Source: Octopus sinensis (Eukaryota). Taken from it: a stretch of 64,000 bases of DNA. A program made the position numbers and the translations under genes. The DNA is taken from contig NC_043000.1 in NCBI RefSeq assembly GCF_006345805.1, positions 28,148,001-28,212,000 of the forward strand, written 5' to 3'. The notes under the pieces were generated by a model. The model was not told the DNA's origin. It saw only the letters and a program-made list of their open reading frames with translations, and did not search any database. Below, in pieces: positions 13,606 to 26,653 of the stretch; within the stretch, counting starts at the first letter, position 1; each line of letters opens with the position of its first letter.

Positions 13606-14184
13606 GCGTGTGTGTGTGTGTTGTATGTAAAATATAATGTGTCTTGAATAGCACAACAATGCACTGTAATAACAACAATGGACTATAATAACTTTTATAA
13701 TTTAATTATCCATAGTCTGATAGATTAATATTTCGGAATAAAAAAATTCCTTCTTCAGATATCGTTAGGAATTGCTCGAGTCACTGCTACAATCGGTTTT
13801 TCAACGGTTAGTGAAATTTTTGTTTTTTCCAAAAGCGTATCTGCAGTGGTCTCTCGAAGCTCCTTAGGGAATTCCTCATGAGAAGCGCGTGAGCGGCCAT
13901 GTCTCAAGCTCGTGTGTTTTGGCACATCCGCAGCGCTGCTTCTAAGTTATGTATTATACGTGCGTATATGGGAACAGGACGTCACCAACAGTAAACAACA
14001 TGAAATAGGAAAACAAATGAATTTAATACGCAAACAACGAGAGAAACAAATGGAAAACAAGACAAGTAACATAAAGAACGACCCTTCATCAGTTGTCGGC
14101 TGTCTATCTACTCCTCATTTCGAGTATGAATGTATGTGTATATGTACGCTAGTACACAAGTATGTATCTTTGTATGTATGTATA

Positions 14185-14690
14185 TTTCTCTTCTGCTTTT
14201 AATCATTTAAATTCTCCCTCTGAAGAAGGAGCTGGTTTCTAAGAAAGATACAAATCTCTCTCTACGGAATGTAGATAACGAAAAGAATCTCACATTTTAA
14301 GCCTGAGAAAAATCTTGCTTCGTTTTACTGTTCTGCTTTCAAACTGTATTTGTAATGTGCGAATCAGTTGGTTGATTTCTTTTTCTGAAAATCCAAGATT
14401 ATCCAAACTGGCAGGTAGGCATTTACTTACAAAACCAAGGGCTCCAATTATTATTGGTATAAGTGTCTATTTGTAACCGAAATATAGACGCTGAAGATTT
14501 CCAAGCAATTGTCCATAGCTATCTTCTTTCTCTTTGATTTTCAAAGAGGTATTCACATCAGCGGAACAGCTGACCTCTATGTACATACATTTTCTCCCAG
14601 TCCCAAATAACAATATCTGGCCTATTATGCTTACACTTCACAGCTGTTTTGACGCGAATGTTCCACCAGTATTCTTTGAACTGGTATATG
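14185..14690 (-). mobile_element. 3' fragment of an R4/Dong-like LINE (REL domain) ending in (CATA)n
   Basis: Minus translation KEYWWNIRVKTAVKCKHNRPDIVIWD..EVSCSAD..KEKEDSY..IPIIIGALGFV; related to 8655-9070. Confidence 0.85.
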
Positions 14691-15213
14691 TATATGCATC
14701 CAATAATAGGGCATTCTCTATATTAATTCCATACATACCATGTATGTATGTATGTATTTATGTATGTGTGTGTGTTCTTTGTGTTTGTGTTTGGCCCCTA
14801 CCACCGTTCAACAACCAGTGTTGGTTTGTCGACGTCTCCGTGTCTTAGGTTCGGCAAAGAGATTGATAGGATGAGTACTAGAATTTAAAAACAAAATAAA
14901 CACTAGGGCAGATTTGTTCAACTAAGTACTTCAAAGTGATGCTCCAGCATGGTCAGAGTTAAATCAATGAAATAAATAACAGAAACAAGATGAATGACTC
15001 TATATTCTGACGTACAATGATTGATTTTGATCTGAGTGGAGGCACTGACAGCCTCAGCATATTTCACATTCTCTACAATCCAGTCCTTTTGTTTTATCTT
15101 TATTTGTGCACAACCATTAACTTGAAGTTGGTTCCAGACTTCTCGTCCAAACAAATATAATCCCCTTAACTTTCTGTGCTGATTACTTATTCTCCTAACA
15201 ACATACTATATCT

Positions 15214-15592
15214 TTATTACCTCCACCTTAGCGAAGGCGGAGGTATTGTTTTCAGTCGTGTTTGTTTGTTTGTTTGTCTGTGGGTAAGATATCTTAAGAT
15301 CCACTGGATGGATTTGGATGAAACTTTCAAGGATATTTGGCCTTGTGACTGGTACGAACTACTCAGATTTTAGGATCGATACGATACCGGAGAAGGATTC
15401 TGGGTAAATTTTTTCCGTTTTTTTGTTACTGAATTTTTTTTAGAGCGGTCGGTTTCATTTTTAGCATTCTCGTTTGTGAGAGCAGTCGAGTATATTTCAG
15501 ATATTCGCATTTTAAAAATCATCTCCGGATTATCGTTGAGAGGACGTTGGTGTTGACTTGGTGAAGGCTTGCACTCTCTGAGTGCTCTTGTT
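15214..15592 (+). mobile_element. Helentron-associated non-autonomous element (HINE/DINE-1-like)
   Basis: 5' ttattacctccacc-ttagcgaa-ggcggaggt hairpin/subTIR, (GTTT)n tract, 3' ggtgaagg plus gcactc-tct-gagtgc stem-loop, T-rich ends. Confidence 0.75.
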
Positions 15593-15814
15593 TCATTGGA
15601 ATAGGATTGGGCCAGCGAGACTAAAGACAGTATGATGAAGTTCGAGGAGTATTTAGCTATTATTTCTATTATATCTAGTCTCCAAATATAATCTTCCTCA
15701 TTGGTTGCAGTACTCAAAAGAATAAACAGGAGAGGAGTAACATATCAGATGTCACAGAGAGAAATTGTGACGTAATTTCACCCAAATATGTATACAGTAA
15801 ATGTGATATTTAGT

Positions 15815-15892
15815 TCATACAAATATATTACGTTGATCATAAATATATATTACTATGATCATAAATATATTATGATGATCATAAATATATTT
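15815..15892. repeat. ~21-bp minisatellite x4
   Basis: gatcataaatatatt.... repeated. Confidence 0.7.
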
Positions 15893-16072
15893 TTATTGCG
15901 AAATGTCAAGAATTAAAACCTTAATTGAATGATTGACAATTGTTCTATAATTATTTATCGAAGAACATTCGCGGAGTGGAAAGTTTTGAAACATCTGCTA
16001 TAGGCTAATGTTTTATTTATCATTTAACTGTTTATTTATTTATTTATTTATTTATTTTTATTATTATTATTA

Positions 16073-16125
<53 letters not shown>

Positions 16126-16128
<3 letters not shown>

Positions 16129-16218
16129 TAGTTTTATTTTTATAGCGTGCTTTCACTTCACTACCGAGCGCAGCTCTGTGTGCCTTGGGTATGTGCTGTG
16201 ATTTGTTGTGATGCTCTG

Positions 16219-16219
<1 letters not shown>
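16126..16219 (-). mobile_element. Short probable LINE 3'-UTR insertion between (TAA)n tracts
   Basis: Unique 94 bp ending aaaataaaactactg-(aat)n on the minus strand. Confidence 0.5.
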
Positions 16220-16251
<32 letters not shown>

Positions 16252-17335
16252 GTAATTTTAATGTCTTTGCACACAGCTTCTAACGCTAGAGATGCGCTAC
16301 GGTCTCAGCTGTTCGCTGCCAGTGAACCAAGGTAACACACATTTTTCGAACACTATCTGGAGTATTCGAGCGGTTCCAAGTAGTGCTGCTTTTTGCGAGT
16401 GCTCCACCCTTATTGCAGCTTCTATTTGTTCCATGTACTTCTCAAGATTTTTATTCACTCTTCCCAGGGCTCCGACAATTATTGATAATACTACCACCTT
16501 TTACATCGACCACAACTTCTTAAACTCCCAAGATAACCTGTCATATCTATCGACTTTTCTTTCTTCTTTATCTCATACCTTGTCAGTTGGGCATGATATA
16601 TATATGATCCAGCATCGCTTGCTTTCTTTCTCAATTAACACTATGTCTGGTTTCATATTCTCTATCTCATAGTCTCATTGAATCATAAAATCCCACGGGC
16701 TCTTTGCATTATCATTTTCGATTATACTTTCGGGTTTATGTCCACACCACATTTTTGCTCTGTCAAGTCCATATTTGTTACAAAGTGTCCAATGGACAAT
16801 CCTTGCTATGTTGTCATGGGGTCTCATATTCTTTCTGGGCTAGTGGCGTACATTGGCTGGTACTATGCTATACGGTTTCACCATTTCGTCCACAAATTCG
16901 GCAGTTGTCACTTTCAGATGTGTTGTCTATTCTGTATTTTATGTAGTTTGTTCTTAGTGCTTGCTCTTGGGCAGCACAGATTAGAGCGTCCGTTTCAGGT
17001 TTTAAATCACTTTTAGTCATCCACAGCCATCTTTTTTCTCTGTCTGTCTTATCTTCAACATCCCTATGAAATTGACCATGCATTCTTTTCTTTACCCACC
17101 TATTTTCAGTTTCATTCGTTTTCAATTTTTGTATAGTGCTTTATCTTTTGCAATCTTTCATCCTACACAAGCCTGACCTTCCTACTTCTAACAATAGCGG
17201 TTCTGTGGAATTTTTTACATATCATTCTATGTTGTTTTCTTCTGCTCTAATCATGTGTTCGCATCCAATCAGTTCTCTTCCCCCCTCTTTTTCTTAGTAC
17301 ATGCAGTCTGTCTGTGTCACTTTATGGGTGGACCG
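16252..17335 (-). mobile_element. Decayed Dong/R4-like LINE 3' half in (TAA)n
   Basis: GGRELIGC; HGQFHR..LKPETDALICAAQEQALRT..CRICGRNGETV; IIVGALG..KAALLGTARIL; (TTA)n on both flanks. Confidence 0.9.
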
Positions 17336-17346
17336 ATATCCATTAA

Positions 17347-17391
<45 letters not shown>

Positions 17392-17409
17392 TATTGTTGT
17401 TGTTGTTGT

Positions 17410-17588
17410 TGCCTTTGCATAGCTTCTAATGCTGGAGATGTACTACGGTGTCCCTACCAGTGAACTAAGGCAACACTCATTTTCGGGCACCTTCCGGAGT
17501 ATTCGAGCGGTTCCAAGCAGTGATGTTTTCTGCAAGTGCTCCACCCTTATTTCAGCCCCTATTTGTTCCATGTACTTTTCAAGATTAT
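17410..17588 (-). mobile_element. 3' fragment of the same Dong-like family
   Basis: Near-identical to 16265-16450 (agtattcgagcggttccaag...tgttccatgtactt). Confidence 0.85.
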
Positions 17589-17689
17589 CATTATTACTAT
17601 TATTATTATTATTATTATTATTATTAGTAGTAGTAGTAGTAGTAGTAGTAGTATCATTTATGGTTTCCTTTCATTATGACTTTATTTCT

Positions 17690-18560
17690 GCTGTCTTATT
17701 ACCGGGCATCCTCGGAGGCCAAGAGTAGCAAGAGCACTTTTGTTTTGCTATGCATGCTAAAATTATCATCAGATTTATTCCATTCCAGCCATCAAGGTTA
17801 TCTATTGTAGCTCAGGGAGTTGCTTAATATACTTCTCAGCTCCCTTCTTTATCATTCCCAATGCACCAATTTCTACTGGTATTATCGTAGTGCTAAGCTT
17901 CCACATTTTTGTGATGTCAATCTGCAGATCTTTAGAGTGAGAAAGCTTTGTGTATTCTTTTCTTGAGTCATTTTGATTTTGTGGGACAGACATATTTATT
18001 AACAGACAAGTTCCTCTGTTGTAGTCCTTGATCACAATGTCTGTTCGATTGGAATCAATTTTTCTATCTGTTTGTACTGGGAAGTTCCAAAGGATGGTGA
18101 CGCCCTCGCCATTTACTACATCTTCTGGCTGGTGCCTGTACCACTTTTCATGGGATTTAATTTTGTAGTATTTACAAGCATTCTAGTGGCGGTACTGCCC
18201 TCGTCTCTCATGTATTATGAGGTACTCCTTTTCAGCGAGGACTGGGCAGCCCTAAGTATGATCAATTGTCTCTGTGAATTTTCCGCAAATTCTGCACGAG
18301 GGGTCAGATCCGTCTTTAAGGACGTTTGCATGGTAGTCTATGGTAAGTAAGAGCTGATCTTGCACTGCAATAACAAAACCTTCTGTTTTCCCTTTCAGAC
18401 CTGTCTCTTGTAGCCATTGTTGTGCTAGATCAATATCTGGCTTGAACAGACGGTTAGGGTATTTTCCAAGCAGGAGTTTATCTTTCCAGTTGTCTTCGAT
18501 ATTATTCATGTAAGCCTTCTTTGCTTTTTGTTTGATGTTTTTTGTTTGATGTTTGGAGAG
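17690..18560 (-). mobile_element. Decayed Dong/R4-like LINE of another subfamily
   Basis: WLQETGLKGKTEGFVIAVQDQ..SCRICGKFTETIDH; NRTDIVIKD..LINMSVP..IIPVEIGALG. Confidence 0.85.
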
Positions 18561-19260
18561 CAAGGCTTTATTTCATGTTATCAGTTGTACTCCTCTTCCA
18601 CAACTGTAACCGTCAGAAACCATTATTAGTATATGCATTAATTATTTATTCATTCTCCGCATCTCAAGGATTGTTGAAGCTATCTATTGCTTATTTTCAT
18701 TTCCCAGCAGCTTTAGAACATTAGAGATAGCTATTTTCTTCGAGTACTACACTCTTATAGGTTGCTATGTAACCCCAGATGAGCTCTGATTTGCTAGATG
18801 TCTGATCAAAGACGATCCAACCGTGTCCATTTCGTTCTTTTAATGCTATACAAGACTATATGACGATAATAAAGACACTGAACATTTACCTCAGAAAGTG
18901 GAGGCTAGCATGGACTTAACTATGAATGTTAAAGCAAAAACCAAAAAGTTGGAAAGCAAGGCTTCATTTCATGTTATCAGTTGTAGTACTCTACTATTTA
19001 CTGTAATTTCGAATGAAACCATTATATAAAAAGTTTGTATATGCATTAATTATTTATTCATTCTTCGTATCTCAAGGATTGTTCAAGCCATCCATTGCTT
19101 ATCTCCATTTCCCAGCAGCGTTAGAACATTACAAATAGCTATTCTCTTTGAGTACTATGTAACCCCGGGTCAGTTCTGATTTGGTAGATGTCTAATCGAA
19201 GACGCTCCAACCGCGTCCATTTCGTTCTTTTTTATGTTATACAAGACTATATGATCGATT
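18554..19260. repeat. Diverged ~300-bp direct duplication (period ~395 bp)
   Basis: gcaaggctt.atttcatgttatcagttgta...caagactatatga at ~18560 and ~18956. Confidence 0.8.
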
Positions 19261-19848
19261 GTATACTTTCTTATTTTTGACTGTAATTTGAAAGAGCTTT
19301 TGCTGAGAATTCTACCATTCGTAGCAGCATTTTGTTCGTCTTTACGTTCTGAGTTCAAATTCCATCGATAATTTCATTGCTTTCATCATTTCGGCGTCGA
19401 TAAATGAAGTACCACTTGCGCACTGGGTCGATGTGATCGACATACACCTCACGAGAAAGTGCTGACCATTTGCCAAAATTCGAAACCAATATTTCTAGCA
19501 TGCTGAAGAAGCATGGTTAGACTCCGTATTATATTGATGTACCCAGCAGCGCCAAAACCTAAAAGTACAAGTTAACAAATCGTTCTTCAAAAGCACCTTT
19601 ACTGCTGTTTGCAACGGTGACGCATACAACCCTGCAATACAAACCTGCAGATGAAAGATAAATTCGTTGAGGGGACTAAGAGTTGATTGATCCTTTTTCT
19701 TCTTTCTTCATTTTTTTTCTTCAGGTTCTCCTGGTAATTCTAAACAATGATAACACTTCTCACCATCCCAAAGTCTTAAGGATATTTAGTAATATGGAAT
19801 TTTTAATATCTTCAGTATATAAAGGCATACACACGTACAAGACACACA

Positions 19849-19850
<2 letters not shown>

Positions 19851-19934
<84 letters not shown>

Positions 19935-19970
19935 TACATACATATATATATATATATATATTATACATAT

Positions 19971-20001
<31 letters not shown>

Positions 20002-20119
20002 CATACATATATATATATATAATATATATATATATATATGGATGTATATATATATGCATATATATGTATATCTATAACTATATATATATATATATATCTA
20101 TATATATATATATACATAT

Positions 20120-20155
<36 letters not shown>

Positions 20156-20204
20156 GGATGTATATATATATGCATATATATGTATATCTATAACTATATA
20201 TATA

Positions 20205-20237
<33 letters not shown>

Positions 20238-20380
20238 GATATATATATATATACATATATACATACATATATATATATATACATATATACATACATATAT
20301 ATATATATACATATATACATACATATATATATTTCATTATACATATATATTGTATATATTATGATATTATATATATCATA
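19851..20380. repeat. (TA)n-rich compound microsatellite
   Basis: Directly visible. Confidence 0.95.
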
Positions 20381-21101
20381 TTAAATGCATGTGTGTGTAT
20401 GGGTGTATGTGTGTGTGTGTGATATTTTGGGGAGTCTTGTGAGACTCTTGCTAACTGAGTATAGCCTATGGGTGGACAGGGTCTCCAGGGTGGTTACACC
20501 TCGATCCAAATGAAATATTATTAATCTCAGCTCTTTTTCCGGCAGTCAACGCAAAATGGATACATCTGCATGTACAATATATATGCATATACATACGTGT
20601 GAGTGTGCGTGTATATAAAGGTACAATGCGTGTGTACTGTAAAGTTAATTATCCATTCCCTATTTCTTCACAGTACACGCTGCTTCTCTTTGACTTTCCT
20701 TCCGGCCCAGTGCTTCATACATTTTATGAATTTTGGCTTTCTGCTTTCCAACCGATTTTTGCCCGAACAAAATATTTTTAATTACTTTATATATATTTCC
20801 CATATTCATATTCCTTTTATATGGCAATGCACGCGATGTATTGTGTACCGAATGATTGAGGATGTATGTATTTATTGAGATGTATGTGCAGGTACGTAAG
20901 CTTAAACGGACATGTAGCTCTGCATGCGATATAGGTGAACTACATATGACAGAATATATGCGTGGACGTAAACACACACAGACACACAGGCACACCCACA
21001 CACTCACACACGCACACTCACACACACACACACACACACGCATACACAAGCACACACACACACACACACACTCACACACACACATACATATATAAACATA
21101 A

Positions 21102-22612
21102 AGGCGGCGAACTGGCAGAAAAGTTAGCACGCCGGGCGAAATGCTTGGCAGTATTTGGTCTACCGTTACATTCCGCCGAGTTCAAATTCCGCCGAGGTCG
21201 ACTTTGCCCTTCATCCTTTCGGGGCCGATTAAATAAGTACCAATTACACACTGACGTCGATATAATCGGCTTAAACTGTGCGTCTGTCCTTATTTGTCCT
21301 CCTGTGTTTAGCCCCTTGTGGATAGTAAAGAAATAGGTATTTCGTCTGCCGCTACGTTCTGAGTTCAAATTCCACTGAGGTCGACTTTGCCTTCATCCTT
21401 TCGGGGCCGATTAAATAAGTACCAATTACACACTGACGTTGATATAATCGGCTTAAACTGTGCGTCTGTCCTTATTTGTCCTCCTGTGTTTAGCCCCTTG
21501 TGGATAGTAAAGAAATAGGTATTTCGTCTGCCGCTACGTTCTGAGTTCAAATTCCGCCGAGGTCGACTTTGCCCTTCATCCTTTCGGGGCCGATTAAATA
21601 AGTACCAATTACACACTGACGTTGATATAATCGGCTTAAACTGTGCGTCTGTCCTTATTTGTCCTCCTGTGTTTAGCCCCTTGTGGATAGTAAAGAAATA
21701 GGTATTTCGTCTGCCGCTACGTTCTGAGTTCAAATTCCGCCGAGGTCGACTTTGCCCTTCATCCTTTCGGGGCCGATTAAATAAGTACCAATTACACACT
21801 GACGTTGATATAATCGGCTTAAACTGTGCGTATGTCCTTATTTGTCCTCCTGTGTTTAGCCCCTTGTGGATAGTAAAGAAATAGGTATTTCGTCTGCCGC
21901 TACGTTCTGAGTTCAAATTCCGCCGAGGTCGACTTTGCCCTTCATCCTTTCGGGCCGATAAATAAGTACCAATTACACACTGACGTTGATATAATCGGCT
22001 TAAACTGTGCGTCTGTCCTTATTTGTCCTCCTGTGTTTAGCCCCTTGTGGATAGTAAAGAAATAGGTATTTCGTCTGCCGCTACGTTCTGAGTTCAAATT
22101 CCGCCGAGGTCGACTTTGCCCTTCATCCTTTCGGGGCGATTAAATAAGTACCATTACACACTGACGTTGATATAATCGGCTTAAACTGTGCGTATGTCCT
22201 TATTTGTTCTCCTGTGTTTAGCCCCTTGTGGATAGTAAAGAAATAGGTATTTCGTCTGCCGCTACGTTCTGAGTTCAAATTCCGCCGAGGTCGACTTTGC
22301 CCTTCATCCTTTCGGGGCCGATTAAATAAGTACCAATTACACACTGACGTTGATATAATCGGCTTAAACTGTGCGTATGTCCTTATTTGTCCTCCTGTGT
22401 TTAGCCCCTTGTGGATAGTAAAGAAATAGGTATTTCGTCTGCCGCTACGTTCTGAGTTCAAATTCCACTGAGGTCGACTTTACCTTTCATCCTTTTGGGG
22501 TCGATAAATAAAGTACCAGTTTCGCACTGGGGTCGATGTAATCGACTTAATCCTTTTGTCTGTCCTTGTTTGTCCCCTCTATGTTTAGCCCCTTGTGGGT
22601 AGTAAAGAAATA
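21102..22612 (+). repeat. SINE family B head followed by 8 tandem 181-183-bp units
   Basis: Unit starts (ggtatttcgtctgcc) at 21336, 21518, 21701, 21884, 22065, 22246, 22429 after the first unit at ~21150. Confidence 0.95.
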
Positions 22613-22789
22613 TATATAAACGTATGTGCGTGTTTATGTGTGACCGTATATGGATGCATACATGGAATTGGTGTTTGTACACAAATTCTATGTATGCATG
22701 GCATGTGTTTTTCATGATTATTATCAATTAGGATGCAGCAAAACAGCTTGTGTTCAAGTATGGAAGTTTTACCATGCTATTGGCCAATA

Positions 22790-22975
22790 CAAAAATCGAC
22801 CAATACAATGAACGGGTGCTCCGAGAAATACAACAGTACAGATGGATCGGCGAATTCATAGGCTCTCTGAAGGTAACCGAATGCTAACAGCAGTAGACAT
22901 TTGCAAGCAATTATCTGATGAAACTGACATCAGCTTTACACCACGAACTGTAAGAAACCGCCTGAAAGAACTTGA
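22790..22975 (+). mobile_element. Tc1-like transposase N-terminal DNA-binding fragment
   Basis: GAPRNTTVQMDRRIHRLSEGNRMLTAVDICKQL...TPRTVRNRLKE resembles the Tc1/Tc3 GRPR + HTH region. Confidence 0.75.
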
Positions 22976-23089
22976 AGCTTATTTTGGCCAGTGTATGTTC
23001 TGTGTATACACATTTAAATGCATCTTTATATGTAGGTGTTTTCAATATATATATATATATATATATGCATATATGAATGCATATATGTA

Positions 23090-23109
23090 TGTATGCATTT
23101 ATCTATCTT

Positions 23110-23166
<57 letters not shown>

Positions 23167-23251
23167 GCATATGTGTGTGTAATTATATATGTGTGTGAGT
23201 GTGTGTGTGCATGTGTGTGCATATATGTGTTTGTATGCATTTATCTATCTT

Positions 23252-23289
<38 letters not shown>

Positions 23290-23403
23290 ATATATATTAT
23301 ATATATATATATATATATGCATATGTGTGTGTAATTATATATGTGTGTGAGTGTGTGTGTGCATGTGTGTGCATATATGTGTTTGTATGCATTTATCTAT
23401 CTT

Positions 23404-23460
<57 letters not shown>
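23090..23460. repeat. ~150-bp higher-order repeat of (CT)n/(TA)n/(TG)n blocks, ~2.5 copies
   Basis: gcatatgtgtgtgtaattatatatgtgtgtgag...gtatgcatttatctatctttct repeated. Confidence 0.8.
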
Positions 23461-23463
<3 letters not shown>

Positions 23464-23468
<5 letters not shown>

Positions 23469-23745
23469 GGTGCGTGAGATATTTTGAGGACAGATTTATG
23501 TTTATAAAAAACAGATATATAATAACAGATAATTAATTTTATTTATCAAAAAATGCTACGAGGATAAAAATAAGCCATCTTTTCTTTAATGTATTCAATA
23601 AAGCCATCTTCAGCTTCAACAACTGCTTCTATATGAGATCTAAATCATCTATATGCTCGAATCAAGTGGCCCTAGTTCATTTTGGATATTACTCTGTCTA
23701 TGGCAGCTTTCAAAGTATCTTTGGTGTCATGGTGTTCTGCTGATG
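23464..23745 (-). mobile_element. DD37D (maT-like) transposon 3' end with TIR
   Basis: TA-CAGGGTG terminus; minus translation HDTKDTLKAAIDRVISKMN*GHLIRAYR*FRSHIEAVVEAEDGFIE. Confidence 0.75.
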
Positions 23746-23782
23746 ATGTAATACGATCTTTGATCTAGTAACTGGGCTGATA

Positions 23783-24780
23783 CTACGACGCTCTCGCATA
23801 GGGACATATATACGCAAACTTAAGCTAAAGAATGTACAACATTCATTATCTTGGTCTATAATAACAGAAGCCCTTCTGTATAATGCAATTACGCATGTAT
23901 GTAAACTATCTATTAAAGAATCTATAAATATTCTCCGTCGATATAACTCTATATTATTGAATAAGTTCTAGGATGCTATGTACTCTTGTAACCATAGATA
24001 CCATTCAACATTTAAGCATTTTGATCAATCTGGACAGATTGATCATTAAACTCTATAATTAGTTACATTCCACCTAATATTTATATTCGCACTCACGCCC
24101 ACATTTCTCTTAGTGACTGAGTACTTGCTTATAATCTATCAAATTTTCTAAATTTACTTCCACAATTCTTGCTATAATATTTCCTGTTCCTGCTAACAGG
24201 CATAACTCTTTATAAAACCAAACACTCGTTATCGCAGTATATGAGATATGAATCTTTACCTAACACATTCACTCTGATGAAGAAGGTGGTCTCGAAAATT
24301 TGTATAGCAACATCCTTTATTCAATGGATTACTGTACCCTTGAAACGGCCGTCGGTGTATCACCACTTAATTCTTGTAATTGGAGCACATCCATCTAAGG
24401 ATTGGAAACTTTACCTTCCATATAGATGCTTAAACATCTCGTTATTCACATTTTTGCGAGGATTTACACTTATTTTTTTATATATTTTTAAATATCTTTT
24501 TAATCCATAAGTAGGACGCTGTCTTTATTATATACTTTTTAAGATGATAATATATTTTTATACTTCAATATAGATTTTCCTCTCACACACAAACACACAC
24601 ACACATTATATTTTTATATATTTATGTATCTGTAAATGTTTAATATTTATCAGTATTTTAATGAGTGGTTCATTAAATATATTTTAATAATTCGCATACA
24701 CCGGTTTTATAGCTGAATATATGTATTATGATTCTAAATTATTGAACCTACCCGAATTCTCCCTTGAAATATTTTATTTA
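23783..24780 (+). mobile_element. Penelope-like element remnant: GIY-YIG C-terminus, 3' UTR and degenerate HHR
   Basis: GTYIRKLKLKNVQHSLSWSIITEALLYNAITHVCKLSIKESINI...LLNKF*DAMYSCNH resembles PLE EN end (YIW.LK..W.I..A..Y..C.LC..E..LLN..C.H); ctgatga..gaaa at 24274-24297; ends at (TA)n. Confidence 0.7.
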
Positions 24781-25344
24781 TATATATATATATTATATAT
24801 ATATTATATATATATATATGGATGTATATATAATGTGTGTATGTCTGTGTGTGTGTATGTTTGCTCTATACTATCTTTGCTCGTTCAAGGTGAAACATAG
24901 GTTTTATTTTTTTTTTTCTCGTCTTGTTTGAAACTAAATGAGACATGAAAAAAATGGATGGAGAAATACTACTTCAAATGGCGTATGTTATTCTTGGATC
25001 TGAAATCTAGACAGGCAATTTATAACAGAACGAATTTCCGTGAAGACACAGGAGTGGCAGGCAGATGTATTGAAGCCAAAGATGTATTAAATCTACTGTA
25101 GAAATTTTCACTCAATTCCCATCTACCAAATTCCATTCACAAGGCGTTTGTTCATCAAGATAATGGTTGAAAGCAACTTTCCTTAATGTGCCGCGTGGTG
25201 AGATTGAAACCGAAAAAGTAAATAACTGACTGATTGGCACATCGAAAGTCTTAACGACACAGACATTTCTGTACTGAGTAGCTCTCACCACGTTTCTCTT
25301 ACTCACAATAATACACACACTCTCTCTTCCCCTCTTTCTTTCTT

Positions 25345-25387
<43 letters not shown>

Positions 25388-25600
25388 CACACAGACACAC
25401 ACATACACACACACATACACACAAAAGGAATGCACACAGAGAACACAAGAAAACCTTCTCTATAGTCGTCCACGGCAACAGCAACAGCATCAAGTAAAAT
25501 ACCATTCAATCTTCAAACTGCAAAAGTCCATCATTTAGAATCCGTATTTTCTTCTCTCGGCAGCTGGTCAGAGAGGGCTAACAGTTACTCTTGATATTCA

Positions 25601-25673
<73 letters not shown>

Positions 25674-25986
25674 GCGTGATGTTGCTGCACTTGAAGATTT
25701 TTTGGGTTTTTTTTTTTCTCTGGTTTTATTTCTTCGTGAAATGCCATGATGGGAGATCCATCACTGCGGAAAAATCCATTTAATCCAACTCGATACTATT
25801 GATCAAAAGATTGCTTAGCAAATAAGAAAAAAAAAAGAAGAAAAAAAATAGAAAACAAACAAACAAACAAAGAAGAAATACAAGAACTCCTAAACTCATA
25901 AACATGACAATAAGGAGAGCGTTCACATGTTAATCAATTGAATATGTGTTTTGTGTTCGGGTGTGTGGGTATGTATATATGTGTGT

Positions 25987-26031
<45 letters not shown>

Positions 26032-26251
26032 CGCGCGCGTGCTTGTGTGTGTGCGCGCATGCGTGTGTGGGGATTTGTGTTTTGTATGTTTATACACATT
26101 TGTAGTTTTTCATTTGTGTATGTGTATCTGTGTATATAACCACACATTCACACTCTAAAACTATACATACGCATAACACACACGTATATACATGTATGTA
26201 TATAGACATATAAATATATATACACACACCCACACATATATATATACACAT

Positions 26252-26296
<45 letters not shown>

Positions 26297-26436
26297 TATA
26301 TATATATCTATATATATATGTGTGCATAAATACATCTATCTATATATATATATAATATATATATATGTGCATATATATATATCTATATATATATTATATA
26401 TATATATATATAATGTGTGCATATAATATATCTATA

Positions 26437-26473
<37 letters not shown>

Positions 26474-26522
26474 CATATATATATATATATATGTGTGCAT
26501 ATATATATATATTATATATATA

Positions 26523-26565
<43 letters not shown>

Positions 26566-26614
26566 TACATGCATATATAGGTATACAAATACGCATCCCC
26601 CATACATATATATA

Positions 26615-26653
<39 letters not shown>

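Noticed and set aside
14075-14125. ctgatga on the minus strand as a hammerhead (likewise at ~8264, ~22916, ~56420)
   Set aside because: No correctly placed stem II and GAAA downstream
19683-20384. 233-aa ORF and many similar YI/HT/CV/MYVC-rich ORFs
   Set aside because: Translations of stop-free microsatellites
21365-21916. 183-aa repetitive ORF (also RPRKDERQSRPRRNLNSER ORFs elsewhere)
   Set aside because: Antisense translation of SINE B units; frame kept only because 183 bp is a multiple of 3
21102-22612. CRISPR-like or ribozyme-containing array
   Set aside because: No unique spacers, eukaryotic context, and no CUGANGA/GAAA core in the unit on either strand
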